Below, piece by piece: positions 1-9,966 of a DNA stretch of 64,000 nt. How positions within the stretch are numbered: the first letter of the stretch is position 1; the number at the start of each line of letters is the position of its first letter. The position numbers were made by a program, and so were the translations under genes. The notes beneath the pieces are model-generated. The model was not told the origin of the DNA. It worked only from the letters and a program-made list of their open reading frames with translations, and did not search any database. The stretch comes from Lysobacter sp. (GTDB taxonomy: Bacteria > Pseudomonadota > Gammaproteobacteria > Xanthomonadales > Xanthomonadaceae): the NCBI GenBank assembly GCA_030151365.1, contig JASLDW010000092.1, positions 35,742 to 99,741 on the forward strand. The letters run 5' to 3'.

Positions 1-116
1 GACAGCGGGATGCCCTCGGCGTCGAGCGCCTCCTTCCACGCCATCACGTGCTGGTAGACGCTGTCGACGAGGGTGCCGTCGAGGTCGAACAGGAAACTGG
101 TCCGGGCGGCGCGCAT
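1..116 (-). CDS. HAD-family hydrolase (5' part; runs off window)
   Basis: Manual translation MRAARTSFLFDLDGTLVDSVYQHVMAWKEAL contains HAD motif I DxDGT; CAGGAG RBS precedes the ATG. Confidence 0.85.
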   Translation of the reverse strand, partial: MRAARTSFLFDLDGTLVDSVYQHVMAWKEALDAEGIPL

Positions 117-158
117 CTGGACTCCTGACTTGGGCATTGCAGTATTCTAACACGAATC

Positions 159-224
159 AGACCAATCAAATACCAATTACAGCGAAAATAGCCTGAATTG
201 CCAGTTTGGTATCTTATTGGTATT
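159..224. promoter_or_regulatory. Probable NagQ operator: two pairs of TGGTAT-type direct repeats in opposite orientation
   Basis: TGGTAT 207-212 and TGGTATT 218-224 on +; ATACCA 170-175 and AGACCA 159-164 (TGGTAT/TGGTCT on -); 11-bp periodicity in each pair; directly upstream of the GntR gene of a nag operon. Confidence 0.65.
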
Positions 225-232
225 GTTTCAGG

Positions 233-976
233 ATGGAACCCTATCTCGCCGCCGAATTCCAGCGCCAGCGCGACGCCCGTCGCGCACCGGCCTACCAGCA
301 TCTGCGGCGGACCCTGCAGCACGCGATCGAGAACGGCGAGCTGGAGCCGCAACAGGCCCTGCCTGGCGAGCGCGACCTGGCGAAGCTGCTCGATGTCTCG
401 CGCGTCACCGTGCGCAAGGCGATCTCGGGGCTGGTGGCGGACGGACTGCTGGTGCAGCGCCAGGGCGCCGGCACCTTCGTCGCCGAACGCATCGTCAAAT
501 CGTTCTCGAAACTCACCAGCTTCACCAATGATCTGCGTGCACGCGGCCTCGATCCGCGATCCCAGGTGATCGAGCACGACATCGGCACGGCCACGCCGGA
601 AGAAGCGATGGCATTGAACCTGTCGCCTGGCGCATTGGTGGTGCGCAGTTATCGCCTGCGCACGGCGTCCGGGCAGCCGCTGGCGCTCGAACGCACCACG
701 GTGCCGCAATCGGTGTTGCCGGATTCTTCCGAGATCGGCCCGTCGCTGTACGAAGCCTTTGCCGCGCGCGGCATCCATCCGGCGCGCGCGTTGCAGCGCC
801 TGCGCGCGATCGCCTTCGATGCCGAACAGGCACGGCTGATGCAGTTGCCGGAAGGCAGCCCCGGACTGTTCATCGAACGTCGCGCCTTCCTTGCCGATGG
901 CCGCGTCGTCGAATTCACGCGTTCCTTCTATCGCGGCGATGCCTACGACTTCGTGGCCGAACTGCACGCCGAATGA
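233..976 (+). CDS. nagQ: GntR/HutC-family regulator of GlcNAc utilisation
   Basis: wHTH LPGERDLAKLLDVSRVTVRKA...QGAGTFV plus UTRA domain; first gene before nagB-II/nagA. Confidence 0.85.
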   Translation: MEPYLAAEFQRQRDARRAPAYQHLRRTLQHAIENGELEPQQALPGERDLAKLLDVSRVTVRKAISGLVADGLLVQRQGAGTFVAERIVKSFSKLTSFTNDLRARGLDPRSQVIEHDIGTATPEEAMALNLSPGALVVRSYRLRTASGQPLALERTTVPQSVLPDSSEIGPSLYEAFAARGIHPARALQRLRAIAFDAEQARLMQLPEGSPGLFIERRAFLADGRVVEFTRSFYRGDAYDFVAELHAE

Positions 977-1007
977 TTCCTCTTTCCTCTTTCCAGAATC
1001 GATATCG

Positions 1008-2051
1008 ATGAGCCGATTGCCTGATCCCGACACGACGAAAATGCACGCCGAAGCGGCGGAAACTGCCGATGCCGTCGCCCGCCAGTTCGCTGCCAACGCG
1101 CCGGTGATCGAAGCGCTGGTCTCGCGATTGCGCACGCAACCGCCACGCTTCATCGTCACCTGCGCGCGCGGCAGTTCCGACCATGCCGCCACCTATGGCA
1201 AGTATCTGTTCGAGACCACGCTCGGCCTCGTCACGGCCTCGGCATCGCCATCGGTGGGCTCGGTCTACGCGGTCGCGCCGAAACTCGACGGCGCGCTGTT
1301 CATCGCCATCTCGCAATCGGGCAAGAGCCCCGACCTCCTGCGCAATGCCGAAATCGCGAAAGCATCCGGCGCGACGGTGATCGCACTGGTCAACGTCGCC
1401 GACTCGCCGCTGGCCAGACTCGCCGACACCGTGATCCCGCTGCACGCCGGCCCGGAAAACAGCGTCGCCGCGACCAAGAGCTACCTGTGCTCGCTGGCGG
1501 CGCTGCTGCAACTCACTGCGCACTGGAGCGGTGATGTCGAATTGCTGGCGGCAACCCGTTCGCTGCCCGATGCCCTGCGCAGTGCATGGAACGAAGACTG
1601 GTCGTCGCTGGTCGGCGGCCTGCGCCTGGCGCGCAGCCTGTTCGTGATCGGACGCGGGCTCGGTCTCGCCGCCGCGCAGGAGGCCGCGCTCAAGTTCAAG
1701 GAAACCTGCGGACTGCACGCCGAGGCGTTTTCTTCCGCCGAAGTGAAGCATGGCCCGATGGCGATCGTCGGTCCCGACTTCCCGGTGCTGGTCTTCGCGC
1801 AGGACGACGATACCGGCGCTAGCACTGCCGCGGTCGCCGAGGAATTCCGTACACGCGGCGCCCCGGTGTGGCTGGCGCGACCGGGCACGAGCGGCGATGG
1901 CGTGCTGCCGTTGCCGCGCTCGCCGCATCCCGCGATCACCCCGCTGCTGACGGTGCAGGCGTTCTATCGTGCTGCGAATGCGCTGGCGATCGCGCGCGGC
2001 CACAATCCCGACGTACCGCCGCATCTCAACAAGGTGACGGAGACCGTGTAA
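1008..2051 (+). CDS. nagB: SIS-domain glucosamine-6-phosphate deaminase (NagB-II type)
   Basis: Two SIS domains: ARGSSDHA, SQSGKSPD, EAALKFKE, HGP, C-terminal PPHLNKVTET. Confidence 0.85.
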   Translation: MSRLPDPDTTKMHAEAAETADAVARQFAANAPVIEALVSRLRTQPPRFIVTCARGSSDHAATYGKYLFETTLGLVTASASPSVGSVYAVAPKLDGALFIAISQSGKSPDLLRNAEIAKASGATVIALVNVADSPLARLADTVIPLHAGPENSVAATKSYLCSLAALLQLTAHWSGDVELLAATRSLPDALRSAWNEDWSSLVGGLRLARSLFVIGRGLGLAAAQEAALKFKETCGLHAEAFSSAEVKHGPMAIVGPDFPVLVFAQDDDTGASTAAVAEEFRTRGAPVWLARPGTSGDGVLPLPRSPHPAITPLLTVQAFYRAANALAIARGHNPDVPPHLNKVTETV

Positions 2052-3178
2052 TGGCGACGCTCTTCCGCAATGGACAAGTCCTCACCCCGCGCGGCTTCGA
2101 ACGCGGCCTCGACGTGCTGGTCGAAGACGGCCGCATCGCCACCATCGGACGTGGACTGCATGTCGCCGGCGCGATGGTGATCGATCTCGACGACGGCTTC
2201 CTCGTTCCCGGCTTCATCGACACCCAGGTCAATGGCGGCGGTGACGTGTTGTTGAATGACACCCCGACCGTCGACGGCGTTCGCCGCATCGCCAAGGCGC
2301 ATCGCAAATACGGCACCACCGGCCTGATGCCGACCCTGATCAGCGACGATGTCCCGGTGATGCGCGATGCGATCGCGGCCGTGCACGACGCGATCGAACA
2401 GGGCGTGCCCGGCGTGCTCGGCATCCACCTCGAAGGTCCGTGGCTGGCCGAGGCACGCAAGGGCGTGCACGATCCGCACAAGTTCCACACGCCGGACGCG
2501 TCCGAACTCGATCTCGTCGCCTCGCTCGGCAATGGCGCCACCATGGTCACACTGGCGCCGGAGCGTTTCGCCCCGGAAACGCTGCATGCGCTGGCCGATC
2601 GCAGCGTGCTGGTCTGCGCCGGCCACACCGCGGCGAGCTACGAGGAATTGCGCGACGCCTTCGCCGCCGGCGTCCGCGGCGTCACCCACCTGTTCAACGC
2701 GATGACGCCGATGGGCAGCCGCGCGCCCGGCGGCGTCGGTGCGGCGATCGACGATCCCGACAGCTGGTGCGGCATCATTATCGACGGCTACCACGTCGAC
2801 GACGCCCCGGCGCGCATCGCCATCGCGGCCAAGCCGCGCGGCAAGATGATGCTGGTCACCGACGCGATGCCGCCGGTCGGCGGCGACCGCGAGGACTTCA
2901 CCCTCTACGGCATCCCGATGACCTGCCGCGACGGCAAGTGCACCACGGCCGAAGGCGGGCTGGCGGGATCGGCGCTCGACATGGCCAGCGCCGTGCGCAA
3001 CACGGTGCAGCGCCTCGGCCTGCCGCTGGACGAAGCCTGCCGGATGGCATCGCAATATCCGGCGGAGTTCCTGCGGTTGGGCGATGAGCTGGGCAAGATC
3101 GCGCCGGGTTATCGGGCGGATCTGGTGTGGCTGGATCGCGAGCTCAATGTCCGCGGGACGTGGATCGGCGGGAATTGA
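2051..3178 (+). CDS. nagA: N-acetylglucosamine-6-phosphate deacetylase
   Basis: PGFIDTQVNGGG, HLEGP, THLFNAM, LVTDAM, LAGS motifs; TAATG overlap with upstream gene. Confidence 0.95.
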   Translation: MATLFRNGQVLTPRGFERGLDVLVEDGRIATIGRGLHVAGAMVIDLDDGFLVPGFIDTQVNGGGDVLLNDTPTVDGVRRIAKAHRKYGTTGLMPTLISDDVPVMRDAIAAVHDAIEQGVPGVLGIHLEGPWLAEARKGVHDPHKFHTPDASELDLVASLGNGATMVTLAPERFAPETLHALADRSVLVCAGHTAASYEELRDAFAAGVRGVTHLFNAMTPMGSRAPGGVGAAIDDPDSWCGIIIDGYHVDDAPARIAIAAKPRGKMMLVTDAMPPVGGDREDFTLYGIPMTCRDGKCTTAEGGLAGSALDMASAVRNTVQRLGLPLDEACRMASQYPAEFLRLGDELGKIAPGYRADLVWLDRELNVRGTWIGGN

Positions 3179-3200
3179 GAACGCGATGGGGCGTTATCGC

Positions 3201-3327
3201 CCGGCTGTGCGCCTTTAGCGGTTATCCGCTGTAGCTGGCACGCCGTGAATACGTCCATGTAGGCTCGGGCTCGCCATCCATGGCTCGCACGGCCAGCCAC
3301 AGCGGACGAACCGCACGGCGCCGCCGG
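3201..3327. repeat. ~130-bp imperfect inverted-repeat (hairpin) element between convergent genes
   Basis: Nested arms CCGGC/GCCGG, GCGCC/GGCGC, GCGGTT/AACCGC, TCCGCTGTAGCTGG/CCAGCCACAGCGGA, CCGTG/CACGG. Confidence 0.7.
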
Positions 3328-3349
3328 TGGCGGCATTTCGCGCGCGTTC

Positions 3350-3982
3350 TCAGCGCGCGCGATTCAACCACTGCAGCAACGGCGCCCAATCGGCCTGGTG
3401 CTCGCGGATCTGCGCCGAGTTGTAGTCGAAGATGCTGCGGCCGAGCCCGGCCATCATCACGTAGCCCTGGCTGTCGCGCAGCTGGCCGACCACCGGGATC
3501 GACCAGCCCTGCATCACCTCGACCGCCTGCTGCGAGGCATTGGTCCACGGCCGCAGGCGATTGGCGACGATGCCGACCGGCACCTTGCCCTTCTTGATCT
3601 GCGGGTGGCCGGCGAGGTCATTGAGGAAATGCACGGTGGCTTCGATGTCGAGCGCGGACGGGCCGATCGGCACCACCACGGCGTCGGCGGTCTCGAGGAA
3701 TTCGTCGAGCAGGTCGCGATGGGAACCGGCGGGGGTGTCGACCACCACGCGCTGGGTATCCTCGGGAATACGCTTGCCCCACTGCTTGCGGGTGCCGTCG
3801 ACCGGCAACACGGCGTGGTCGAGATGGGCACGGCGTTCGGCCCAGCGCATCCCGGAATGCTGCGGATCGGCGTCGATCAGCACGGCATTCTTGCCGTGCA
3901 CGGCCGCATGGGCGGCCAGGTTCGTTGCGAGTGTCGTCTTGCCGACGCCACCCTTGGAGCTTGCCACCAGTACGGTCTTCAT
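3350..3982 (-). CDS. Orphan ParA/MinD-family ATPase
   Basis: Deviant Walker A KGGVGKTT, DADPQ, DTP; no adjacent parB. Confidence 0.9.
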   Translation of the reverse strand: MKTVLVASSKGGVGKTTLATNLAAHAAVHGKNAVLIDADPQHSGMRWAERRAHLDHAVLPVDGTRKQWGKRIPEDTQRVVVDTPAGSHRDLLDEFLETADAVVVPIGPSALDIEATVHFLNDLAGHPQIKKGKVPVGIVANRLRPWTNASQQAVEVMQGWSIPVVGQLRDSQGYVMMAGLGRSIFDYNSAQIREHQADWAPLLQWLNRAR

Positions 3983-4151
3983 CCACCAACACCTGTTTTG
4001 GGCTCTGGCCGGAGCTTAGCATCGGCCCCGCCAAGCGGGCTTTGCAGTTCGCCACCGAACGGTCGAAAGTTCACAGGCTGGTAAAATTGCGGTTTCCTAC
4101 CCGCCCGGCCCCGCCACCACGGCGCGCCCGGGCCTGCGCGAGGCTCCACGC

Positions 4152-7100
4152 ATGACCAGTACCGCGGAACTTTCCTCCCCCGAATCCGCCAAGGGCACCC
4201 TGACCCACGGCGTCAACGATCGCGATTACACCCTGGACGATAAATACGTCCGCACCGAGGGCCGCATCTATCTGTCGGGGGTCCAGGCGCTGGTACGCCT
4301 GCCGATGATGCAGCGCCTGCGCGATGCCGCCGCCGGGCTGAACACCGCCGGCTTCGTCAGCGGATACCGCGGCTCGCCGCTGGGCGGCTTCGACCTCGAG
4401 CTATGGCGTGCCCGCAAATATCTCGACAGGAACGGCGTGCGCTTCCAGCCCGGCCTCAACGAGGATCTCGGCGCGACCATGGTCTGGGGCACCCAGCAGA
4501 CCAATCTGTTCCCGGGCGCCAAGGTCGATGGCGTGTTCGGCATGTGGTACGGCAAGGGTCCGGGCGTCGATCGCTGCGGCGACGTGTTCAAGCACGCCAA
4601 CGCCGCCGGCACCTCGAAGCATGGCGGCGTGCTGGCGCTGGCCGCGGACGACCACGCCTGCCGTTCGTCCACGTTGCCGCACGGCAGCGAGCACGAATTC
4701 GTCAGCGCGATGATGCCGGTGCTCAATCCCGCCGGCGTGCAGGACATCCTCGAGATGGGCCTGATCGGTTTCGCGATGTCGCGCTTCACCGGCCGCTGGG
4801 TCGGCTTCAAGACCATCGCCGAGACGGTGGAATCGTCGGCGTCGGTCGACGTCAATCCGTTCGCGCAGCAGATCATCCTGCCGGGCGACGACGAATTCGA
4901 GATGCCGGCGGGCGGATTGAACATCCGCTGGCCGGATCCGCCCCTCGATCAGGAAATGCGCCTGCATCGCTACGCGGTCAAGGCCGCGCAGGCGTTCGCG
5001 CGGGCGAACAAGCTCGATCGCGTGGTCATCGATTCGCCCAACGCGCGCCTCGGCATCGTCACCACCGGCAAGAGCTATCTCGACGTGCTGCAGGCCCTCG
5101 AATACCTCGGCCTCGACGCCAAGGCCTGCGCCGATCTCGGCATCCGCGTCTACAAGGTCGCAATGACCTGGCCGCTGGAACCGCAGGGCATCCGCGCGTT
5201 TGCACGCGGATTGCAGGACATCCTCGTCGTCGAGGAGAAGCACAGCTTCATCGAGTCGCAGATGAAGGAATTGTTCTACAACTTCGATGGCCAGCGTCCC
5301 AGCATCGTCGGCAAGTTCGACGAATCCGGCGAATGGATCCTGCCCTCGACCGGCGAACTGACGCCCGCGCGCATCGCCGGCGTGATCGCCAAGCGCATCC
5401 AGCGTTTCCACGATTCCGAACAGATCCGCAACGTGCTGGCGTGGATGGAAGGCAAGGAAGGCGAACTCGCCCTGCCGCGCGCCAACTTCCCGCGCGTGCC
5501 GCATTACTGCTCGGGTTGCCCGCACAACACCTCGACCAAGGTGCCGGAAGGTTCGCGCGCCTCGGCGGGCATCGGTTGCCATTACATGGTGACGTGGATG
5601 GATCGCAACACCGACACCTTCACCCACATGGGCGGCGAAGGCGTGACGTGGGCGGGCCAGGCCAACTTCACCGAGACCCCGCACATCTTCCAGAACCTCG
5701 GCGACGGCACCTATTTCCACAGCGGTTCGCTGGCGATCCGCCAGTCGATCGCGGCCGGCGTCAACATCACCTACAAGATCCTCTACAACGACGCCGTGGC
5801 GATGACCGGCGGCCAGCCGGTGGACGGCACCCTCACCGTTCCGCAGATCGCCCACCAGATGCTGGCCGAAGGCGTGCACACCATCGCGCTGGTGTCCGAC
5901 GACATCACCAAGTGGACGCGCCAGCGCTACCTGTTCCCGAAGGAAGTGGAATTCCACGACCGCCGCGAACTCGAGGCCGTGCAGGAGCAGTTGCGCACGG
6001 TGAAGGGCGTGTCGGTGCTGATCTACGACCAGACCTGCGCCACCGAGAAGCGTCGTCGCCGCAAGCGCGGCAAGATGGTCGATCCCAACAAGCGCGTCGT
6101 CATCAATTCGCTGGTCTGCGAAGGCTGCGGCGACTGCGGCGAGAAATCGTTCTGCGTCTCGGTGCTGCCGAAGGAAACCGAATTCGGCCGCAAGCGCGAC
6201 ATCGACCAGTCGAACTGCAACAAGGACTTCAGCTGCGTCGAAGGCTTCTGCCCGAGCTTCGTCACCGTCGAAGGCGGCCAGCTGAAGAAGGGCAAGCGCG
6301 CCAATGTGGCGCATCGCCTCGAAGACCTGCCGATGCCGCAGTACGCGACCGATCTCGACAAGCCGTGGAACATCCTGATCACCGGTGTCGGCGGGACCGG
6401 CGTCGTCACCATCGGCGCGCTGCTCGGCATGGCCGGGCACCTCGAAGCCAAGGGCGCGACGGTGCTCGACCAGACCGGCCTCGCCCAGAAGGGCGGCGCG
6501 GTGACCACCCACATCCGCATCGCGCGCACGCCGAACGATCTCCACGCCGTGCGCATCGCCGCCGGTGAAGCCGACCTCGTGCTCGGCTGCGACATGGTGG
6601 TGGTCAACGACTACTGGGCGCTCTCGAAGATCCGCGCCGGTCGTACTTCCGTGGTGTTGAACACCTACGAAGCGATGCCGGGCACCTTCACCACCCGCCC
6701 CGACATGCAGTTCCCCGCCGCCGACATCGTCGCTGCGGTGCGCACCGCGCTCGATGGCGAAGCGCCGTTGACGGTCGACGCAACGGAGTTGGCCACTGCA
6801 TTGATGGGCGACGCCATCGCCGCCAACCTCTTCATCCTCGGCTATGCCTGGCAGAAGGGCCTGGTGCCGATTTCGTTCGAGGCGCTGATGCGCGCAGTCG
6901 AACTGAACGGCGCCGCGGTCGCGATGAACAAGACCGCGTTCGCGTGGGGTCGCCTCGCCGCGATCGACATGCCCGCGGTGATCGAAGCCGCTGGCATCGT
7001 CCGCAACGCACCGACCAAGTCCGAAGCGACGCCGCACAAGTTGCCGATGCTGGCCGCCACCGCCAACGAAGGCCACGAATCGGGCCTGTCGCCGACCGCG

Positions 7101-7844
7101 ACCTACAACGAAAGCGAAATCCGCCGCGTGCCCGCGCACTTCGACGAAGGCGTCGCCTTCCTGCCGCTGGACGACGCCCGCCTGTCGCGTTCGCTGGACG
7201 AAGTGATCGCGCGCCGCGTCGGTTTCCTCACCGACTACCAGGACGGCGCCTATGCCGAGCGTTATCGTGCATTCGTCACCAATGTCCGCGACTTCGAACA
7301 TCGCCACGCGCCGGGTTCCACCGCGCTCGCCGAAGCGGTCGCGCGCTACCTGTTCAAGCTGATGGCGTACAAGGACGAATACGAAGTCGCCCGCCTCTAT
7401 ACCAACGGCGAGTTCCAGCGCCGCATCGCCCAGCAGTTCGAAGGCGACGTCACCCTCAAGTTCCATCTCGCGCCGCCGCTGTTCGCGAAGAAGGACGCCA
7501 AGGGCCGCCTGGTCAAGAAGCAGTACGGCCCGTGGATGATGAAGGCGTTCAAGCTGCTGGCGAAACTGAAGTCGCTGCGCGGCGGCACCTTCGACGTGTT
7601 CGGTTACACCGAAGAGCGCAAGATGGAGCGCAAGCTGATCGAGGATTACCGCGCGACCATCGAAACGCTATTGAAGACGCTGGATGCCGGCAACGTCGGA
7701 CTCGCCGCCGAAATCGCCAGCGTGCCGGAACACATCCGCGGCTACGGCCACGTCAAGGAAGCGAACTTCGCCAAGGCCAAGGCGCGCGAAGCGGAACTGC
7801 TCAAGGAATGGAACAACCCGCTGCGGGTGGTGCAGGTGGCGTGA
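4152..7844 (+). CDS. Fused indolepyruvate:ferredoxin oxidoreductase family protein
   Basis: SGYRGSPLGG, YCSGCPHN, TPP motif GDGT..N, CEGCGDC and FCP ferredoxin motifs, GVGGTGV gamma domain, KDEYEVARL. Confidence 0.93.
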   Translation: MTSTAELSSPESAKGTLTHGVNDRDYTLDDKYVRTEGRIYLSGVQALVRLPMMQRLRDAAAGLNTAGFVSGYRGSPLGGFDLELWRARKYLDRNGVRFQPGLNEDLGATMVWGTQQTNLFPGAKVDGVFGMWYGKGPGVDRCGDVFKHANAAGTSKHGGVLALAADDHACRSSTLPHGSEHEFVSAMMPVLNPAGVQDILEMGLIGFAMSRFTGRWVGFKTIAETVESSASVDVNPFAQQIILPGDDEFEMPAGGLNIRWPDPPLDQEMRLHRYAVKAAQAFARANKLDRVVIDSPNARLGIVTTGKSYLDVLQALEYLGLDAKACADLGIRVYKVAMTWPLEPQGIRAFARGLQDILVVEEKHSFIESQMKELFYNFDGQRPSIVGKFDESGEWILPSTGELTPARIAGVIAKRIQRFHDSEQIRNVLAWMEGKEGELALPRANFPRVPHYCSGCPHNTSTKVPEGSRASAGIGCHYMVTWMDRNTDTFTHMGGEGVTWAGQANFTETPHIFQNLGDGTYFHSGSLAIRQSIAAGVNITYKILYNDAVAMTGGQPVDGTLTVPQIAHQMLAEGVHTIALVSDDITKWTRQRYLFPKEVEFHDRRELEAVQEQLRTVKGVSVLIYDQTCATEKRRRRKRGKMVDPNKRVVINSLVCEGCGDCGEKSFCVSVLPKETEFGRKRDIDQSNCNKDFSCVEGFCPSFVTVEGGQLKKGKRANVAHRLEDLPMPQYATDLDKPWNILITGVGGTGVVTIGALLGMAGHLEAKGATVLDQTGLAQKGGAVTTHIRIARTPNDLHAVRIAAGEADLVLGCDMVVVNDYWALSKIRAGRTSVVLNTYEAMPGTFTTRPDMQFPAADIVAAVRTALDGEAPLTVDATELATALMGDAIAANLFILGYAWQKGLVPISFEALMRAVELNGAAVAMNKTAFAWGRLAAIDMPAVIEAAGIVRNAPTKSEATPHKLPMLAATANEGHESGLSPTATYNESEIRRVPAHFDEGVAFLPLDDARLSRSLDEVIARRVGFLTDYQDGAYAERYRAFVTNVRDFEHRHAPGSTALAEAVARYLFKLMAYKDEYEVARLYTNGEFQRRIAQQFEGDVTLKFHLAPPLFAKKDAKGRLVKKQYGPWMMKAFKLLAKLKSLRGGTFDVFGYTEERKMERKLIEDYRATIETLLKTLDAGNVGLAAEIASVPEHIRGYGHVKEANFAKAKAREAELLKEWNNPLRVVQVA

Positions 7845-7845
7845 G

Positions 7846-9027
7846 TTACCGCGCGCGCTGGCCGGATAGCTGGTCGGCGCGTGTTCCGGTGACAGGCGAC
7901 GACCATCGCCGCAACACCGCACGATCACAAGGGATCGAATAGGCGCGCGCCCACAATGCGCCAAGCGCCCAGCTCGCGAAGACAACCGGCGGATACCACC
8001 ACGCGCCGGCCCGTACATCGCTGCCCAGCGTACGGTAGATGCCGACGGCTGCGAAGACCACGAACATGTGGCCGAGATAGATTTCGTAACTCAGCCGGCC
8101 ACACGAACGCAGCCAACCCAACCCCCGCATGCCGGGTGCGCCATCCTGTGCGCGCCAGTGGAAGCCCACCACCAGCAGCGCACTCGAGAACGTCAGGACC
8201 AGCATGTTGCCGTTGCCAACGCTACGCCACAGAAGGTCACCCCAGGCGAACACCAGGATGAGCCCGACGCCTCCCACCCAGACACAGGCGCGCGCGATCC
8301 ACGATGCGGGGCGGGCTCGCTCCGCGAACAGAGCCGCAAGCACGCCGGTCGCGATCGCCGCCATGCCCGGGAGATAGGCTTTTTCCTGCCAGATTTCGTT
8401 GCCGGAAATCGCCGCGCGCGTCGCCGGCAACGACAGTGCCAACACCGCCAACGCGGCAATCAGTACGCGCACATCACGGATCAGCAGGCATGCCAGCGGA
8501 AAGCCGAGATAGAACACTTCCTCGATCGACAGCGACCACAGCACGTCCCAGCCACCCGGCAACCATCCGGTCCGCCCTTCGTACCAGTTGAGGTGGAAAC
8601 CGAGCGCAGACCGCAACGCGCCACCCAGCGATTGCCCGGGCTTGTCGATGACATAGTTCGGCACGCCCGCGAAATGAAACAGTGACAGCACCAACAGCAG
8701 CAGCAACAGGCATGGCAGGATGCGCGCCGCACGCCGGACATAGAACGCGCGCAGGTCGATCGCCGACAACCGCCCCCAACGCCGCAGGGAATGTCCCGCG
8801 ATCAGAAAGCCGGAAATCACGAAGAACACGAACACGGCTTCGTAGCCGTTGTATCCGAGTGCACCCAGCAAGCGACGCGGCAACACACTGGCCAGCGCGG
8901 TCTTGTTCGGCGGGATGCGCAGGGCAAGGTGATGGATCACCACCAGCACGATCGCCATGCCGCGCAAGGCATCGATGCCCGGATTACGCGTCCAGGCCCC
9001 CGGGGAGGATGTGGATTCCGCCGACAG
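7846..9027 (-). CDS. Acyltransferase-3 (OafA/YrhL-like) membrane O-acyltransferase; start codon uncertain
   Basis: IDALRGMAIVLVVIHH, VFVFFVISGFLI, FYVRRAARILP, WSLSIEEVFY, SYEIYLGH. Confidence 0.85.
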   Translation of the reverse strand: MSAESTSSPGAWTRNPGIDALRGMAIVLVVIHHLALRIPPNKTALASVLPRRLLGALGYNGYEAVFVFFVISGFLIAGHSLRRWGRLSAIDLRAFYVRRAARILPCLLLLLLVLSLFHFAGVPNYVIDKPGQSLGGALRSALGFHLNWYEGRTGWLPGGWDVLWSLSIEEVFYLGFPLACLLIRDVRVLIAALAVLALSLPATRAAISGNEIWQEKAYLPGMAAIATGVLAALFAERARPASWIARACVWVGGVGLILVFAWGDLLWRSVGNGNMLVLTFSSALLVVGFHWRAQDGAPGMRGLGWLRSCGRLSYEIYLGHMFVVFAAVGIYRTLGSDVRAGAWWYPPVVFASWALGALWARAYSIPCDRAVLRRWSSPVTGTRADQLSGQRAR

Positions 9028-9029
9028 GA

Positions 9030-9875
9030 TTACGGCGCCGAAGCGGCCGCCATCCGCTGCATGCCGCCACGCAGCGCGCGCGCGGCTGCAACGATCTGCT
9101 CGGCGCTGCGGCCATCGCAGGCGAACGACTGGCCGCGATGCAACCACGCCGCATCATTGGCGTAGGAGAACAGCAGCTGGCGGCCCTTCATGGTGTCGAT
9201 CACCCGGCGCGCGATGCCCTGGTTCAGCGCCGGGCAGCCGTGGCTGCGGCCGATGCGGCCCTTGCTCGCGACCATCTCGGGGTTCACGTACCACGCACCG
9301 TGCATGACGATCGCGCGCGAACGGGCGTTGTCGTTGAAGCCGCGATCGACGCCGTCGAGCTTGAGCGAATAACCGTTGTTGCCGATGTAAGTTTCGGCGG
9401 TCAGGAACAGCCCGAGGCTGGTCTGGTGGCTGTTGTCCTGGTTCGAGAACCGCGTTGCATAGTTGTCGCCGCTGCCCTGGCCATGGGCCACCAGCTCGCG
9501 GAACAGCAACTGGTCGTGGGCGACATCGAACACCCACAGGCGCTTGTCGGTGGACGGCCGCGAATAATCGATCACCGCCAGCTTGGCGTCCTGGTCGACC
9601 TCGCCGCTGCGGATCGCGCAATTGCGCGCTTCCAGCGCCAGCGCCAGCGCGCCTGGATCGGCTTCCGGCGCCAGCGCCTCCAACCGCGCCAGAGTGGCGG
9701 CGGCGGGATCCAGCTGGGAAGTCGATGCATCGGGGTGCTGGGCCGGTGGGGCGGAGCGCGCGACCGGCGGCACGGCAACGGAGGACGACGCGGTCGTTCC
9801 ATGCTCGGGCACAGTGGAGCAGCTCACCAACGTCGAAGCAGCCAGCGAGATGAAGACGGCGTGAAGTTTCCTCAT
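9030..9875 (-). CDS. Murein L,D-transpeptidase catalytic-domain (YkuD_2-type) lipoprotein
   Basis: Lipobox LVSC; IDYSRPS, VAHGQGSG, FSN, IVMHGA, GRSHGCPA. Confidence 0.88.
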   Translation of the reverse strand: MRKLHAVFISLAASTLVSCSTVPEHGTTASSSVAVPPVARSAPPAQHPDASTSQLDPAAATLARLEALAPEADPGALALALEARNCAIRSGEVDQDAKLAVIDYSRPSTDKRLWVFDVAHDQLLFRELVAHGQGSGDNYATRFSNQDNSHQTSLGLFLTAETYIGNNGYSLKLDGVDRGFNDNARSRAIVMHGAWYVNPEMVASKGRIGRSHGCPALNQGIARRVIDTMKGRQLLFSYANDAAWLHRGQSFACDGRSAEQIVAAARALRGGMQRMAAASAP

Positions 9876-9894
9876 GTGCGTGACAATACACGCA

Positions 9895-9907
9895 CAAGCT
9901 CTTGATT
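9895..9907 (-). promoter_or_regulatory. IHF consensus site
   Basis: Minus strand AATCAAGAGCTTG matches WATCAANNNNTTR. Confidence 0.5.
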
Positions 9908-9966
9908 TGTCTGAATGCGTTATCCGGAACTGGTTCCGGATCCGCATTCACATGGCTGGAAACCGC

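Noticed and set aside
3350..3982. ParA as the chromosomal partition ATPase for the parS sites
   Set aside because: Short orphan type with no adjacent parB; the parAB operon is presumably outside the window
4401..7466. 1021-aa ORF on -, and similar long ORFs such as 28063-30975, 56931-59201 and 20212-22443
   Set aside because: Antisense shadows of well-supported genes, expected from high GC3; no recognisable motifs
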